Assembly (NCBI GenBank): GCA_021787665.1 | Contig: JAJYLN010000004.1 | Coordinates: 68,415 to 132,414, forward strand | DNA from: a bacterium | Lineage (GTDB): Bacteria > JAMCPX01 | Reading direction: 5' to 3' | DNA length: 64,000 nt | Translations under genes and position numbers: made by a program | Shown here: positions 40,839 through 49,152 of the stretch, one piece after another | Numbering within the stretch: the first letter of the stretch is position 1 | Layout of the letters: each line of letters starts with the position of its first letter | Notes under the pieces: model-generated | What the model saw: the letters and a program-made list of their open reading frames with translations, nothing else | Databases searched by the model: none | What the model was told of the DNA's origin: nothing

Positions 40839-42274
40839 CCTTGTCCTGCATAAAGCTTGCCGGACTGATACGGGGCAGAGAGGTTACCTCCGTTGAGGTA
40901 GTCAGGGCACATATCGATCACATCAAAAAAGTGAACCCCTTGCTCAATGCGGTCGTAAAGGACCGCTTCGAGGCTGCACTGACCGAGGCCGCAGAGGCCG
41001 ATAGGAAGGTCAGGGAGTTGCCGGCCGACACCTTACCCCCGCTTCACGGTGTCCCTTTCACCGTGAAAGAGAGTTTCACGCTCAGCGGCATGCCGAATGC
41101 TTCAGGGCTCGTTGCCCGCAGGGGCATAATTTCGGAAAGGGATGCGACCGTAGTTGCGAGGCTGCGGAGGGCCGGGGCCATCCCACTCGGCGTCACAAAC
41201 ACCCCGGAGCTGTGCATGTGGATGGAGACGAACAACAGGCTCTACGGCAGGACCCGCAACCCTTATGACCCCGGCCGTATCGTAGGCGGCAGCTCCGGCG
41301 GCGAAGGCGCGATCATAGGGGCCGGGGGCTCGCCGTTCGGTGTAGGCGCTGATATAGGCGGCTCCATACGGATGCCGGCATTCTTCAACGGCGTGTTCGG
41401 ACACAAGCCGACCGGCGGGCTCGTACCCAATACCGGACAGCATCCCATGGCGCGCAACGATGCACGTACCTATCTCACGACTGGTCCTCTTGCGCGCAGG
41501 GCCGAGGATCTCATGCCCCTGCTGAAGATTATGGCAGGCCCGGACGGCATAGACCCTGGATGTGCGGACATGAAGATCGGCAGCATCGCCGACGTCAGCA
41601 TCAAGGGTCTGACCGTGATCGATGTGGAGGACAACGGTAGTACCCGCGTTAGCGCAGACCTGGGGGAAGCGCAGCGCAGAGTGGCCGCGTTCCTCGGGAC
41701 ACGAGGCGCCGTGGTAAAGGAAACGAAGATACCTGCGCTCAGGGACTCGCTCGACATCTGGTCGTCCCTGCTCTACGCGGCAGACCAGGAGTCGTTCAGC
41801 GTCATGCTCGGCAACGGCAGGAAGATAAGCCCTCTCCTGGAGTTCATCAGATGGTCGATCGGCAGATCGACGCATACCTTCCCGGCCATCGTGCTCGCGG
41901 CATTCGAGGGCCTGCCCGGACTCGTGCCCTGGCGCACGAAGAGGTTCGTCGAGGCCGGCAAGGCCCTCCGCAAGGAGATCGTACGGCTGATGGGGCCCGG
42001 CGGTATCATGCTGTATCCGTCCTATTCCCGCCCTGCTCCGAAGCACAACGTGCCTCTGCTGACCCCGTTCGACTGGGTCTACACCGCAATCCTTGCCATG
42101 ATGGAGGTCCCGGTCACCCAGGTGCCGCTCGGTCTGAACAAGGAAGGCCTGCCCCTGGGGATCCAGGTCGCGGCCATGCACGGCAACGACCACCTCACGA
42201 TCGCGGTCGCCCTCGAGCTCGAGAAGGCATACGGCGGCTGGGTGCCACCCAAGATCGGCCTGCTCAATTATTGA
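40823..42274 (+). CDS. Amidase-signature family protein
   Basis: 483-aa ORF with the amidase signature (GGSSGGEGAIIGAGGSPFGVGADIGGSIRMPA) and Ser-cisSer-Lys triad context; overlaps the end of pyk. Confidence 0.8.
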   Translation: MERLLTLSCIKLAGLIRGREVTSVEVVRAHIDHIKKVNPLLNAVVKDRFEAALTEAAEADRKVRELPADTLPPLHGVPFTVKESFTLSGMPNASGLVARRGIISERDATVVARLRRAGAIPLGVTNTPELCMWMETNNRLYGRTRNPYDPGRIVGGSSGGEGAIIGAGGSPFGVGADIGGSIRMPAFFNGVFGHKPTGGLVPNTGQHPMARNDARTYLTTGPLARRAEDLMPLLKIMAGPDGIDPGCADMKIGSIADVSIKGLTVIDVEDNGSTRVSADLGEAQRRVAAFLGTRGAVVKETKIPALRDSLDIWSSLLYAADQESFSVMLGNGRKISPLLEFIRWSIGRSTHTFPAIVLAAFEGLPGLVPWRTKRFVEAGKALRKEIVRLMGPGGIMLYPSYSRPAPKHNVPLLTPFDWVYTAILAMMEVPVTQVPLGLNKEGLPLGIQVAAMHGNDHLTIAVALELEKAYGGWVPPKIGLLNY

Positions 42275-43340
42275 ACGGCTCTTCGCGCCAGTAGAGGAGC
42301 GTGAACGAATGGCTCGCCCTGTTCCTGTAGAACACCGCCCGCACGATATACGTGACGCCATTCCCGATGATACCGATGCCATCCACCGAGAAGTAGTCGC
42401 TCTTCACATCGATGTACCCGTTCACGGACATGACGTCCGGGTTGTTCGGATCGACGCCCACCTTCGTAAGTTCATTCATGAAGTCCCCGATGGACAGAAA
42501 GGGGGTCTGCTCCCGTGCCGACACGATGTCCTGGACCTGAGAATTGTCCAGATTGTACATCGCCTTCAGCAGTATCGGGGAGGCTGTGTTCACGTTGATC
42601 TTGAACGACGAGACCGGGTTGTAGTATTTCGGGAACACCGTGAGGATCGGGCTGTCCATAGCATCCGGCGGAGGGATCTCGCCGGGCTGCCCGGTGATAC
42701 CCATGAGGGCATTGAACACCTTGGCATCGATGCCCTTTATCATCTTCAGCTCGGTTATCGAGTCCAGGGGCGCGTCCTTCGCCATATACGGAGGGTCGAG
42801 GCTGGAGTAATAGTCGCTCTCTGCGCCGTTGGGCCGGGGAAGCTCGTCCGAGTCTATCCAGTCCTCGATCGCGTCCACGACAGAGGGGTCGATCTTCAGG
42901 GCTTCAAAGAGCCTCCTGCAGATGCCGTCGAGCGTCTGGTTCGCCGTGAGGGTGTCCGAGCCTATCAGCGCATTGATATCAAACTTGCCGGCCTCGTCGC
43001 TGATCATACCACGCATAATGCCTATGGTCTGGTCCTTGATCATGACCGGGAGGGGAAAACTGGCTATCTGTGACCAGAGCTGGGCGTTCTTGTTGAACTC
43101 CCCGACCACGGCGTAATCGGCAGTGGGACTCGTATTCATATCGGAGAGCAGGATGCTTTTCTCAATCTCGAGAGCTGCAATGGCGATGCGCCGCGCCTGA
43201 AGGCTGTCGCGCATGCGGGCCGTTATATCGATATTCACCCTCGTCGTGTACGCAAACTCCACCACCACAGCGGCAAGTATTGCCACGATCAGCAGGACGA
43301 TGATCAGCGCTTGTCCCCTCTCCCGGTCCCTGCGCGTCAT
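42264..43340 (-). CDS. gspK: Type II secretion / pseudopilus protein GspK-like
   Basis: N-terminal hydrophobic segment (QALIIVLLIVAILAAVVVEFAY) and overall GspK-like sequence; likely start at MTRRDRERG, whose ATG overlaps the gspJ stop. The track ORF to 43463 is a spurious extension. Confidence 0.65.
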   Translation of the reverse strand: MTRRDRERGQALIIVLLIVAILAAVVVEFAYTTRVNIDITARMRDSLQARRIAIAALEIEKSILLSDMNTSPTADYAVVGEFNKNAQLWSQIASFPLPVMIKDQTIGIMRGMISDEAGKFDINALIGSDTLTANQTLDGICRRLFEALKIDPSVVDAIEDWIDSDELPRPNGAESDYYSSLDPPYMAKDAPLDSITELKMIKGIDAKVFNALMGITGQPGEIPPPDAMDSPILTVFPKYYNPVSSFKINVNTASPILLKAMYNLDNSQVQDIVSAREQTPFLSIGDFMNELTKVGVDPNNPDVMSVNGYIDVKSDYFSVDGIGIIGNGVTYIVRAVFYRNRASHSFTLLYWREEPFNN

Positions 43341-44050
43341 GGTCCCATCCTCAGTCTCACGATCTCCCTGAAGGGCACGTCGACGCCGTTCCTGTCCTTC
43401 AATATGAGCTGTATGAGGACCGCGTACGGCAGATGGTTCATGCCCTGTAGTCTCGTATCCCACTGATCAGTCCACTGCTTCGTGTTGGCATCGAAAAAGT
43501 AGAAGGCGATGCTGACAGCGGACCTCGTTATGATGAAACCGGGGCCCTGCGTCAGGGGCTCGGCTACGAAAAATGGCTGCTCCCGGTGGACGAGGTAGAC
43601 CTTGTTCTTCCCTTCATCGATTTGGGTGTCGTATGCTATCGCCGCATAGTCGGAGCCCTGGACCTGGTTACCCACCGGTATATTCACGTGCGAGAGGGTC
43701 GTAAAGTACAGCCGATCCATCGGGTTGCCGTCCCACTCGTCCTTTATCCCGATAAAATAGGTGTACGGGCTTATCAGACCGGCAGGGTTTATGTCCAGAT
43801 AGGCGCTTGAGAGTTCCCGCTTCAGGTGCGCCATGATCTGCATGCCTGTCTGGTACACCTCGTTACGCCGTTCCACGTAGGACTTCGCATTGAAGGCCGT
43901 GAAGAATGAAAGGTAAACGAACGAGAGGATGGTGCCGAGTATGGCGATCGATATGAGTGCCTCCAGCAGGGTGAAGCCCCGAGAGGAGAGGTGGGATGTA
44001 CGGTCCTCCCCGCACACTTTTTTTCCGACTCTTCTGGCACCGGTGATCAT
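43337..44050 (-). CDS. gspJ: Type II secretion pseudopilin GspJ-like (prepilin-type N-terminal domain)
   Basis: Prepilin cleavage/methylation motif (RGFTLLEALISIAILG) followed by a GspJ-like periplasmic domain; the exact start is uncertain. Confidence 0.6.
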   Translation of the reverse strand: MITGARRVGKKVCGEDRTSHLSSRGFTLLEALISIAILGTILSFVYLSFFTAFNAKSYVERRNEVYQTGMQIMAHLKRELSSAYLDINPAGLISPYTYFIGIKDEWDGNPMDRLYFTTLSHVNIPVGNQVQGSDYAAIAYDTQIDEGKNKVYLVHREQPFFVAEPLTQGPGFIITRSAVSIAFYFFDANTKQWTDQWDTRLQGMNHLPYAVLIQLILKDRNGVDVPFREIVRLRMGP

Positions 44051-44163
44051 ATAAAACACGGATAGACTATCACAGCGATGCCCCCTGTCAATACGGCCAG
44101 AATCGGATTACTCCCTTGGCAAAGAGCAACGGGTGTGCTACGGAGACAGTACAGCCGTATCTT

Positions 44164-44700
44164 ATGACCTACGATATCCTGATACTGAACCCTGTCAGCG
44201 GCATCAGCGGCGACAGGGTGCTTTCATGCCTTGCCGCTCTCGGCATCGATGAGTCATTCATGAACCGCGTCCTGTCCGAGACCGGGATAGGGAATGAGGT
44301 ACGTGTCCGCATCACGACAGAAAAACGCAGGGGCATACAGGGCAGCCGAGTGACATTCGGGTTCACGGACCCGGTGATGCGCACGCCGGACGAGATGAGA
44401 GAGAAGGTCCGCACCAGCGGGCTGACAGACACGGTAAAGTCTTGTGCGCTGAGTGTCATAGACGCCCTGATAGACGCTGAGGCAGGGGTGCACGGAAGTG
44501 ACAGGCGCCATGTCCGCTTCCACGAACTCGCCCATCCGGACACCATCGCAGATGCCGTCATCGTGTCGGGCGCCCTGGAGCACCTCGGCTTTGTCCCGGC
44601 GAAGAGCGTGGAGGAGGCGCTGAGCATGGCGATGGAGGTCCACGGAAAGTCTGCAAGCATAGCATGCGTCCAGAACCCCCCGGCTTTCAACAGGCAATAG
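44164..44700 (+). pseudogene. LarC-like (DUF111, nickel-pincer cofactor biosynthesis) N-terminal fragment, truncated
   Basis: MTYDILILNPVSGISGDRVLSCLAALGIDE and VHGSDRRHVRFHELAHPDTIADAVIVSGALEHLG resemble the LarC N-domain, but the ORF stops after about 180 aa, where full-length LarC is about 400 aa; the second GH5 copy starts 60 nt downstream. Confidence 0.4.
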
Positions 44701-44759
44701 CTGACATGCTAAGACAGTGTATGCTATCGATTACTCAGGCATGGTTTCGATAAAGGGAG

Positions 44760-46367
44760 ATGCTATTCATGTCCTTTATGAAAAAATTCACCTCCATACT
44801 CGTACCCGCCGTGCTGGCGGCGCTGGTCTCCGGATGCTCGGGCGGCAAGGTCTCCGGCGGCAACCACACGGCTGTATGGTCAGACGGGACATGGCTCAGG
44901 GACACGCAGGGCAGGGTGATCATCGTCCACGGCATGAATGTCAGCGAGACCGCGAAGCACTCCCCATACCAGCCCTTCACGGTCACAACGCTGACCGGCA
45001 GCACCCTGACACAAAACCTGGAGCAGAACTTCGCAAGAATGAAGGGCCTCGGGCTGAATGTCGTCAGGCTGCTGGTACTATGGGCCGGGCTCGAGCCCAC
45101 CCCCGGCACCATCAATACCGGCTACCTCGATCAGATAGAGGCGGAGGTCCAAGCCTGCAAGGACAACGGCCTGTGGGTGCTCCTCGACATGCATCAGGAC
45201 CTCTACAGCGAGTCGTTCTGCTTTGGCGACGGCGCGCCGTCCTGGGCATGCGACCTGACGGGATACGACGTATCCCAATGTACCATAAACACCAGCAACC
45301 CGAATATCGCGCTGTGGGGCCTCAACTATACGCTACCGGGAGTGCGCCAGTCGTTCCAGAATCTCTGGGACGACGCACCAGCGCTGGACGGCCTCGGCCT
45401 GCAGGAGCACTACCGCGCCGCGCTCCAGGCACTCGCTCGTACATTTAGCCCTGCAACGAATCTGCTGGGCTACGACATCATGAACGAGCCATATCCGGGC
45501 ACCTATCCGCTGTTCACGCCGGCGTTCGAGCAGCAGGCACTCGTGCCGTTCTACGAGAAGATGGTAAAGGGCATAAGGGCAGCGGACCCGGTGCATGTGA
45601 TTGCCTTCGAGGCAGCCAATCCCCTGTGCAGCGTGGCTACCGGCTTTAAAACCGGCATCAGCCAGACGACCTTTTCCCGGGAGTTCCCGGGACTGCTGTT
45701 CGAGCCCCATTTTTACCCGTTAAACCCGGTTGACGTCTCCTCTATCGCACCGGGCCTCACTGCCCTGAAGACACTGGGTCTTATCATGAAGGTGCCCTGG
45801 CTGGTTGGAGAATTCGGCGTGAATTACACCACCCCGGGCAGCGCGGAGTACCTCCTGGCGTTGCTGAACAGCTTCGACACCTGCACGATAGGCTGGATCG
45901 AGTGGTCGTATGACGGCGATTACGCGCCCGGCCCTTACGATACGACGAGGCCTGACATGAGCCCGTATTACCCGGATGGCACGCCACGCCCCCTTACGGA
46001 CAAGAGCGGCACGCAGGACTTCTACGGTATCGATATCATCTCCAGGCCGTACCCGATGCTCACCGCCGGTACCCCGGTGAGTATCGGCTATCCCATAACG
46101 GCCGATCCCGGCAGCTTTACAACGACGGCCTTCACATACACGTACAAAGAGGACGGGATCGGACACGGCGCGACCGAGATATTCCTGCCCCCGGCGCACT
46201 TCCCTGAAGGCTTTACCGTCACAACATCCGACGGAACAGCAAGCTTCGATACCACGACGGACATCCTCAGCTATTACCGGGGACCACGGTCCGTACACAC
46301 CATAACCGTCGCGCCCTGTGACCAGCCCGGCCCGGCCTGCATCGGCGTCTCTCTATCGTCTCGATGA
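44760..46367 (+). CDS. Glycoside hydrolase family 5-like lipoprotein, copy 2 (paralog of 18927..20492)
   Basis: 535-aa ORF, likely start at MKKFTSILVPAVLAALVSGCS (lipobox); roughly 70 percent identical by eye to copy 1 at protein level, with long near-identical nucleotide stretches. Confidence 0.65.
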   Translation: MLFMSFMKKFTSILVPAVLAALVSGCSGGKVSGGNHTAVWSDGTWLRDTQGRVIIVHGMNVSETAKHSPYQPFTVTTLTGSTLTQNLEQNFARMKGLGLNVVRLLVLWAGLEPTPGTINTGYLDQIEAEVQACKDNGLWVLLDMHQDLYSESFCFGDGAPSWACDLTGYDVSQCTINTSNPNIALWGLNYTLPGVRQSFQNLWDDAPALDGLGLQEHYRAALQALARTFSPATNLLGYDIMNEPYPGTYPLFTPAFEQQALVPFYEKMVKGIRAADPVHVIAFEAANPLCSVATGFKTGISQTTFSREFPGLLFEPHFYPLNPVDVSSIAPGLTALKTLGLIMKVPWLVGEFGVNYTTPGSAEYLLALLNSFDTCTIGWIEWSYDGDYAPGPYDTTRPDMSPYYPDGTPRPLTDKSGTQDFYGIDIISRPYPMLTAGTPVSIGYPITADPGSFTTTAFTYTYKEDGIGHGATEIFLPPAHFPEGFTVTTSDGTASFDTTTDILSYYRGPRSVHTITVAPCDQPGPACIGVSLSSR

Positions 46368-46501
46368 GCCGGACCAGCACCCTGTTGTCACGCACCGGCA
46401 AGCGGAGAATAGCGACGACCGGCTTGAGGAGGCAGTTGTGAGGCATCTTTGGCCAGAGGAAGGGATAGACACGTTGTCCCTCACACAAAAGAGAATTTCA
46501 A

Positions 46502-46573
46502 AGCGGGCGACCGGGGTCGAACCGGCGACGTCAAGCTTGGGAAGCTTGCATTCTACCACTGAATTACGCCCGC
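46502..46573 (-). tRNA. tRNA-Gly (anticodon CCC)
   Basis: Minus-strand GCGGGCGTAATTCAGTGGTAGAATGCAAGCTTCCCAAGCTTGACGTCGCCGGTTCGACCCCGGTCGCCCGCT; 7-bp acceptor stem, anticodon loop UU-CCC-AA. Confidence 0.8.
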
Positions 46574-47015
46574 AGTACTGTAACCGTTATCAGGATTGAG
46601 AACGGAAGTCAATCCAGGTCCAGCCGGGCTATTGCCCACCCCAAAGTCTGTGGGGACTTTACTGCCGTCTTCGATCTTCGAGCCCAGGGAAATTCCTCCC
46701 TTTGGAAACGGGAGAGGGGCACCCATCGGGCACACGGGGTACCAAAGCTAAGCCGGCTACCCATGCAAAGCCATGGGTCGCTTACGACGAGGGATCTTCT
46801 TTCGATGGCATTATGACTCTTCGTTTCGTAAAAATATTGCTAACATTATTCTGTTAACTTTTCCTTAACAATACTAAGCATTTACTATGATGATATACCT
46901 TAATAAGGTGCCTGTATCGTTGTCTATCTCCTGAAACAGCTTGGTTTAGCATGTTTATTTTATTGGTAAAGAGGCGAATGGGCAAGAAGAAGCGGTTATC
47001 CTCTGAGGAAAGACG

Positions 47016-47408
47016 ATGAAAGAAGGTTCTCGTATTAGAATCTTACGCTTCCTTACCATTGTTATGATGATAGGGTATGCGGCGGGGTGTGGGAGTAGTG
47101 CCAAGAGTTACGCCACTCATACGTATATTGTAGGTGTGTGGCCGGTCGGTATTGCTATAGACGCATCCGGAAATATCTGGGTTACAAGTTCTCATGATAA
47201 CACAATAACAAAATTAAGCCCAACAGGGGAAACCATTGGAGAGTATAATACTGCTGGTGAAACCCCATTTGGCATAGCGATAGACAGTGGGGGCAATGTA
47301 TGGGTTGCGAATAATGGTTTCCCCCAGGAGAGCAATACGGTAACCGAATTAGTCGGTGTTGCAAAAGGTCCCCAGTATTGGCCGTACAAAGGACCACAGT
47401 GGCCGTGA
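47016..47408 (+). CDS. Small lipoprotein with beta-propeller (SBBP/NHL-like) repeats, AT-rich gene
   Basis: 130-aa ORF with lipobox (AAGCGSS) and repeats of the type GIAIDASGNIWVTSSHDNTITKLSPTGE / GIAIDSGGNVWVAN; codon usage is visibly AT-richer than neighbouring genes and it is preceded by an AT-rich leader. Confidence 0.55.
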   Translation: MKEGSRIRILRFLTIVMMIGYAAGCGSSAKSYATHTYIVGVWPVGIAIDASGNIWVTSSHDNTITKLSPTGETIGEYNTAGETPFGIAIDSGGNVWVANNGFPQESNTVTELVGVAKGPQYWPYKGPQWP

Positions 47409-47425
47409 GGCGAATTGACAAAAAG

Positions 47426-48343
47426 TCATAGGCGGACAAGATCCGGATGCAGGCCGGCGTCCTGCATCAACATATCTTGTATCTCCTGCGCGTGGTAGGA
47501 GCTGCGCACAAACGGGCCGGCGTACACAGACCGTAGACCGATCGACCTGCCGAAGCGTTCGTACTCCCGGTACCTGTCTTCGCCGATGTACGCACGCACA
47601 GGCAGGTGCCGCAGGCTGGGCGCGAGGTATTGTCCTATGGTCACGATGTCGCACCCTGCCTCCTTCAGGTCCACGAGCACGCACTTTACCTCGTCGACGG
47701 TCTCCCCGAGCCCGACCATCAGTCCGGACTTCACCGGTATGTCCTTGTGGGCCTTTACAAACCTGAGGAGGCCGAGCGAGCGGCTGTACAGCGCGCGCGG
47801 CCTCACCATGTCGTAGAGCGAGGGCACCGTCTCCACGTTGTGGTTGAACACATCGAAATCCGAAGCGATCAGGCGCAGGAACGCCCCTTCGTCTCCCTGG
47901 AAATCCGGGGTAAGGACTTCAATCGACACAGCAGGATTGGACTGCTTTACTGCCGCCACGACCTTGCAGAAATGGTCGGCCCCGCCGTCGGCAAGGTCGT
48001 CTCGCGTTACGGATGTTATGACAGCATGGCGTATGCCGAGCAGCCTGACGGCTTCCGCCACCCGCTGCGGCTCGTGCGGGTCGGGCCCTGCCGGGAGGCC
48101 TTTGTCGATCGAGCAGAACCTGCATCCCCGCGTGCACACATCGCCCATGATGAGGAAGGTCGCCCGGCCAGCTTCGAAGCATTCTCCGATATTGGGGCAG
48201 CGTGCTGACTCGCATACCGTGTGGAGGTCATGCGTCCGCAGGAGGCCCTTCGTCGCATGCACGCCCTGACCGAGGACAATCTGCTTCCTCAGATAATCCG
48301 GCAGCCTCCTCCCAGCCCCTGTCCGATCCATATCCCGCGCCAC
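47426..48343 (-). CDS. lipA: Lipoyl synthase
   Basis: 305-aa ORF with radical-SAM cluster motif CTRGCRFC and the auxiliary cluster CESARCPNIGEC. Confidence 0.95.
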   Translation of the reverse strand: MARDMDRTGAGRRLPDYLRKQIVLGQGVHATKGLLRTHDLHTVCESARCPNIGECFEAGRATFLIMGDVCTRGCRFCSIDKGLPAGPDPHEPQRVAEAVRLLGIRHAVITSVTRDDLADGGADHFCKVVAAVKQSNPAVSIEVLTPDFQGDEGAFLRLIASDFDVFNHNVETVPSLYDMVRPRALYSRSLGLLRFVKAHKDIPVKSGLMVGLGETVDEVKCVLVDLKEAGCDIVTIGQYLAPSLRHLPVRAYIGEDRYREYERFGRSIGLRSVYAGPFVRSSYHAQEIQDMLMQDAGLHPDLVRL

Positions 48344-48348
48344 GTCTC

Positions 48349-49101
48349 CTACACGACCCTGTTGTGCAACCTTCCGATGCCCTGGATCTCGACCTCGATG
48401 ACATCGCCCTTGTTCACCGGACCTATGCCCGGCGGTGTGCCGGTCGATACGACGTCCCCGGGTAGCAGGGTCATGACGTGCGAGACAAAGCTGATGATAC
48501 GATAGACAGAGAACTGCATGTCCGATGTATTGCCTTCCTGTCTGAGCGTGCCGTTCACGTACGTCCGTATGGAGAGGCCACCCGGATCGAGGTCCGTCTC
48601 GATGTGAGGGCCTATGGGTGCGAAGGTGTCGAAGCCCTTCGCCCTGGTATACTGGACATCCTTTGCCTGGAGATCCCGTGCGGTCACATCGTTCATTATC
48701 GTGAATCCGAAGATGTAGCCGGCCGCCGCCTCCTCGGCGACGTCCTTTGCCTTTCTGCCGATGACGACCGCGAGCTCGCCCTCGTAGTCGACCCTGGCCG
48801 ACGCGCCGGGATAAACGATATCTTCCCGGTCGCCGATCACGGCCGTGGTCGGCTTGAGGAAGATGAGCGGCTCGTCCGGCATCGGCTTACCGAACTCTTT
48901 CGCGTGGGCCCTGTAGTTGAGTCCCACGGCGACTATCTTCGAAGGCTCGACAGGGGGCAGCATTCTCGCCTCGTACGGCCGGACCACTCTACCGTCTTCC
49001 ACCATACCGCTGAATGGCGGCGCCGCGAGCAGGTACACCTCCGCGTCCTTCAGTACGCAGTAGCGTGCCGTTCCTTCGAGGAAACATCTTCCTATCTTCA
49101 T
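48349..49101 (-). CDS. Fumarylacetoacetate hydrolase (FAH) family protein
   Basis: 250-aa ORF with FAH-fold blocks (KIVAVGLNY, EPLIFLKP, DYEGELAVVIG, GDVVSTGTPPG). Confidence 0.85.
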   Translation of the reverse strand: MKIGRCFLEGTARYCVLKDAEVYLLAAPPFSGMVEDGRVVRPYEARMLPPVEPSKIVAVGLNYRAHAKEFGKPMPDEPLIFLKPTTAVIGDREDIVYPGASARVDYEGELAVVIGRKAKDVAEEAAAGYIFGFTIMNDVTARDLQAKDVQYTRAKGFDTFAPIGPHIETDLDPGGLSIRTYVNGTLRQEGNTSDMQFSVYRIISFVSHVMTLLPGDVVSTGTPPGIGPVNKGDVIEVEIQGIGRLHNRVV

Positions 49102-49152
49102 ACTTCTATCTTCATATACCTATCCCGAAATTGCAATGGAGGAGCACGCCGC

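Noticed and set aside
41102-42382. 426-aa minus-strand ORF overlapping the amidase gene (also 57565..58992 inside the GH38 gene and 62361..63548 inside groEL)
   Set aside because: Each is antisense to a gene with strong family motifs and has Arg/His-rich composition; treated as spurious.
44717-45448. 243-aa plus-strand ORF overlapping the start of the second GH5 gene in another frame
   Set aside because: Out-of-frame overlap with a well-supported coding frame; Arg/Gly/Pro-rich translation; no motifs.
46574-46800. tmRNA, RNase P RNA or SRP RNA next to tRNA-Gly(CCC)
   Set aside because: Checked against the conserved tmRNA ends, the RNase P P4 strands and the SRP domain-IV motif; only short chance similarities in the wrong order. 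Kept only as an unclassified structured region.
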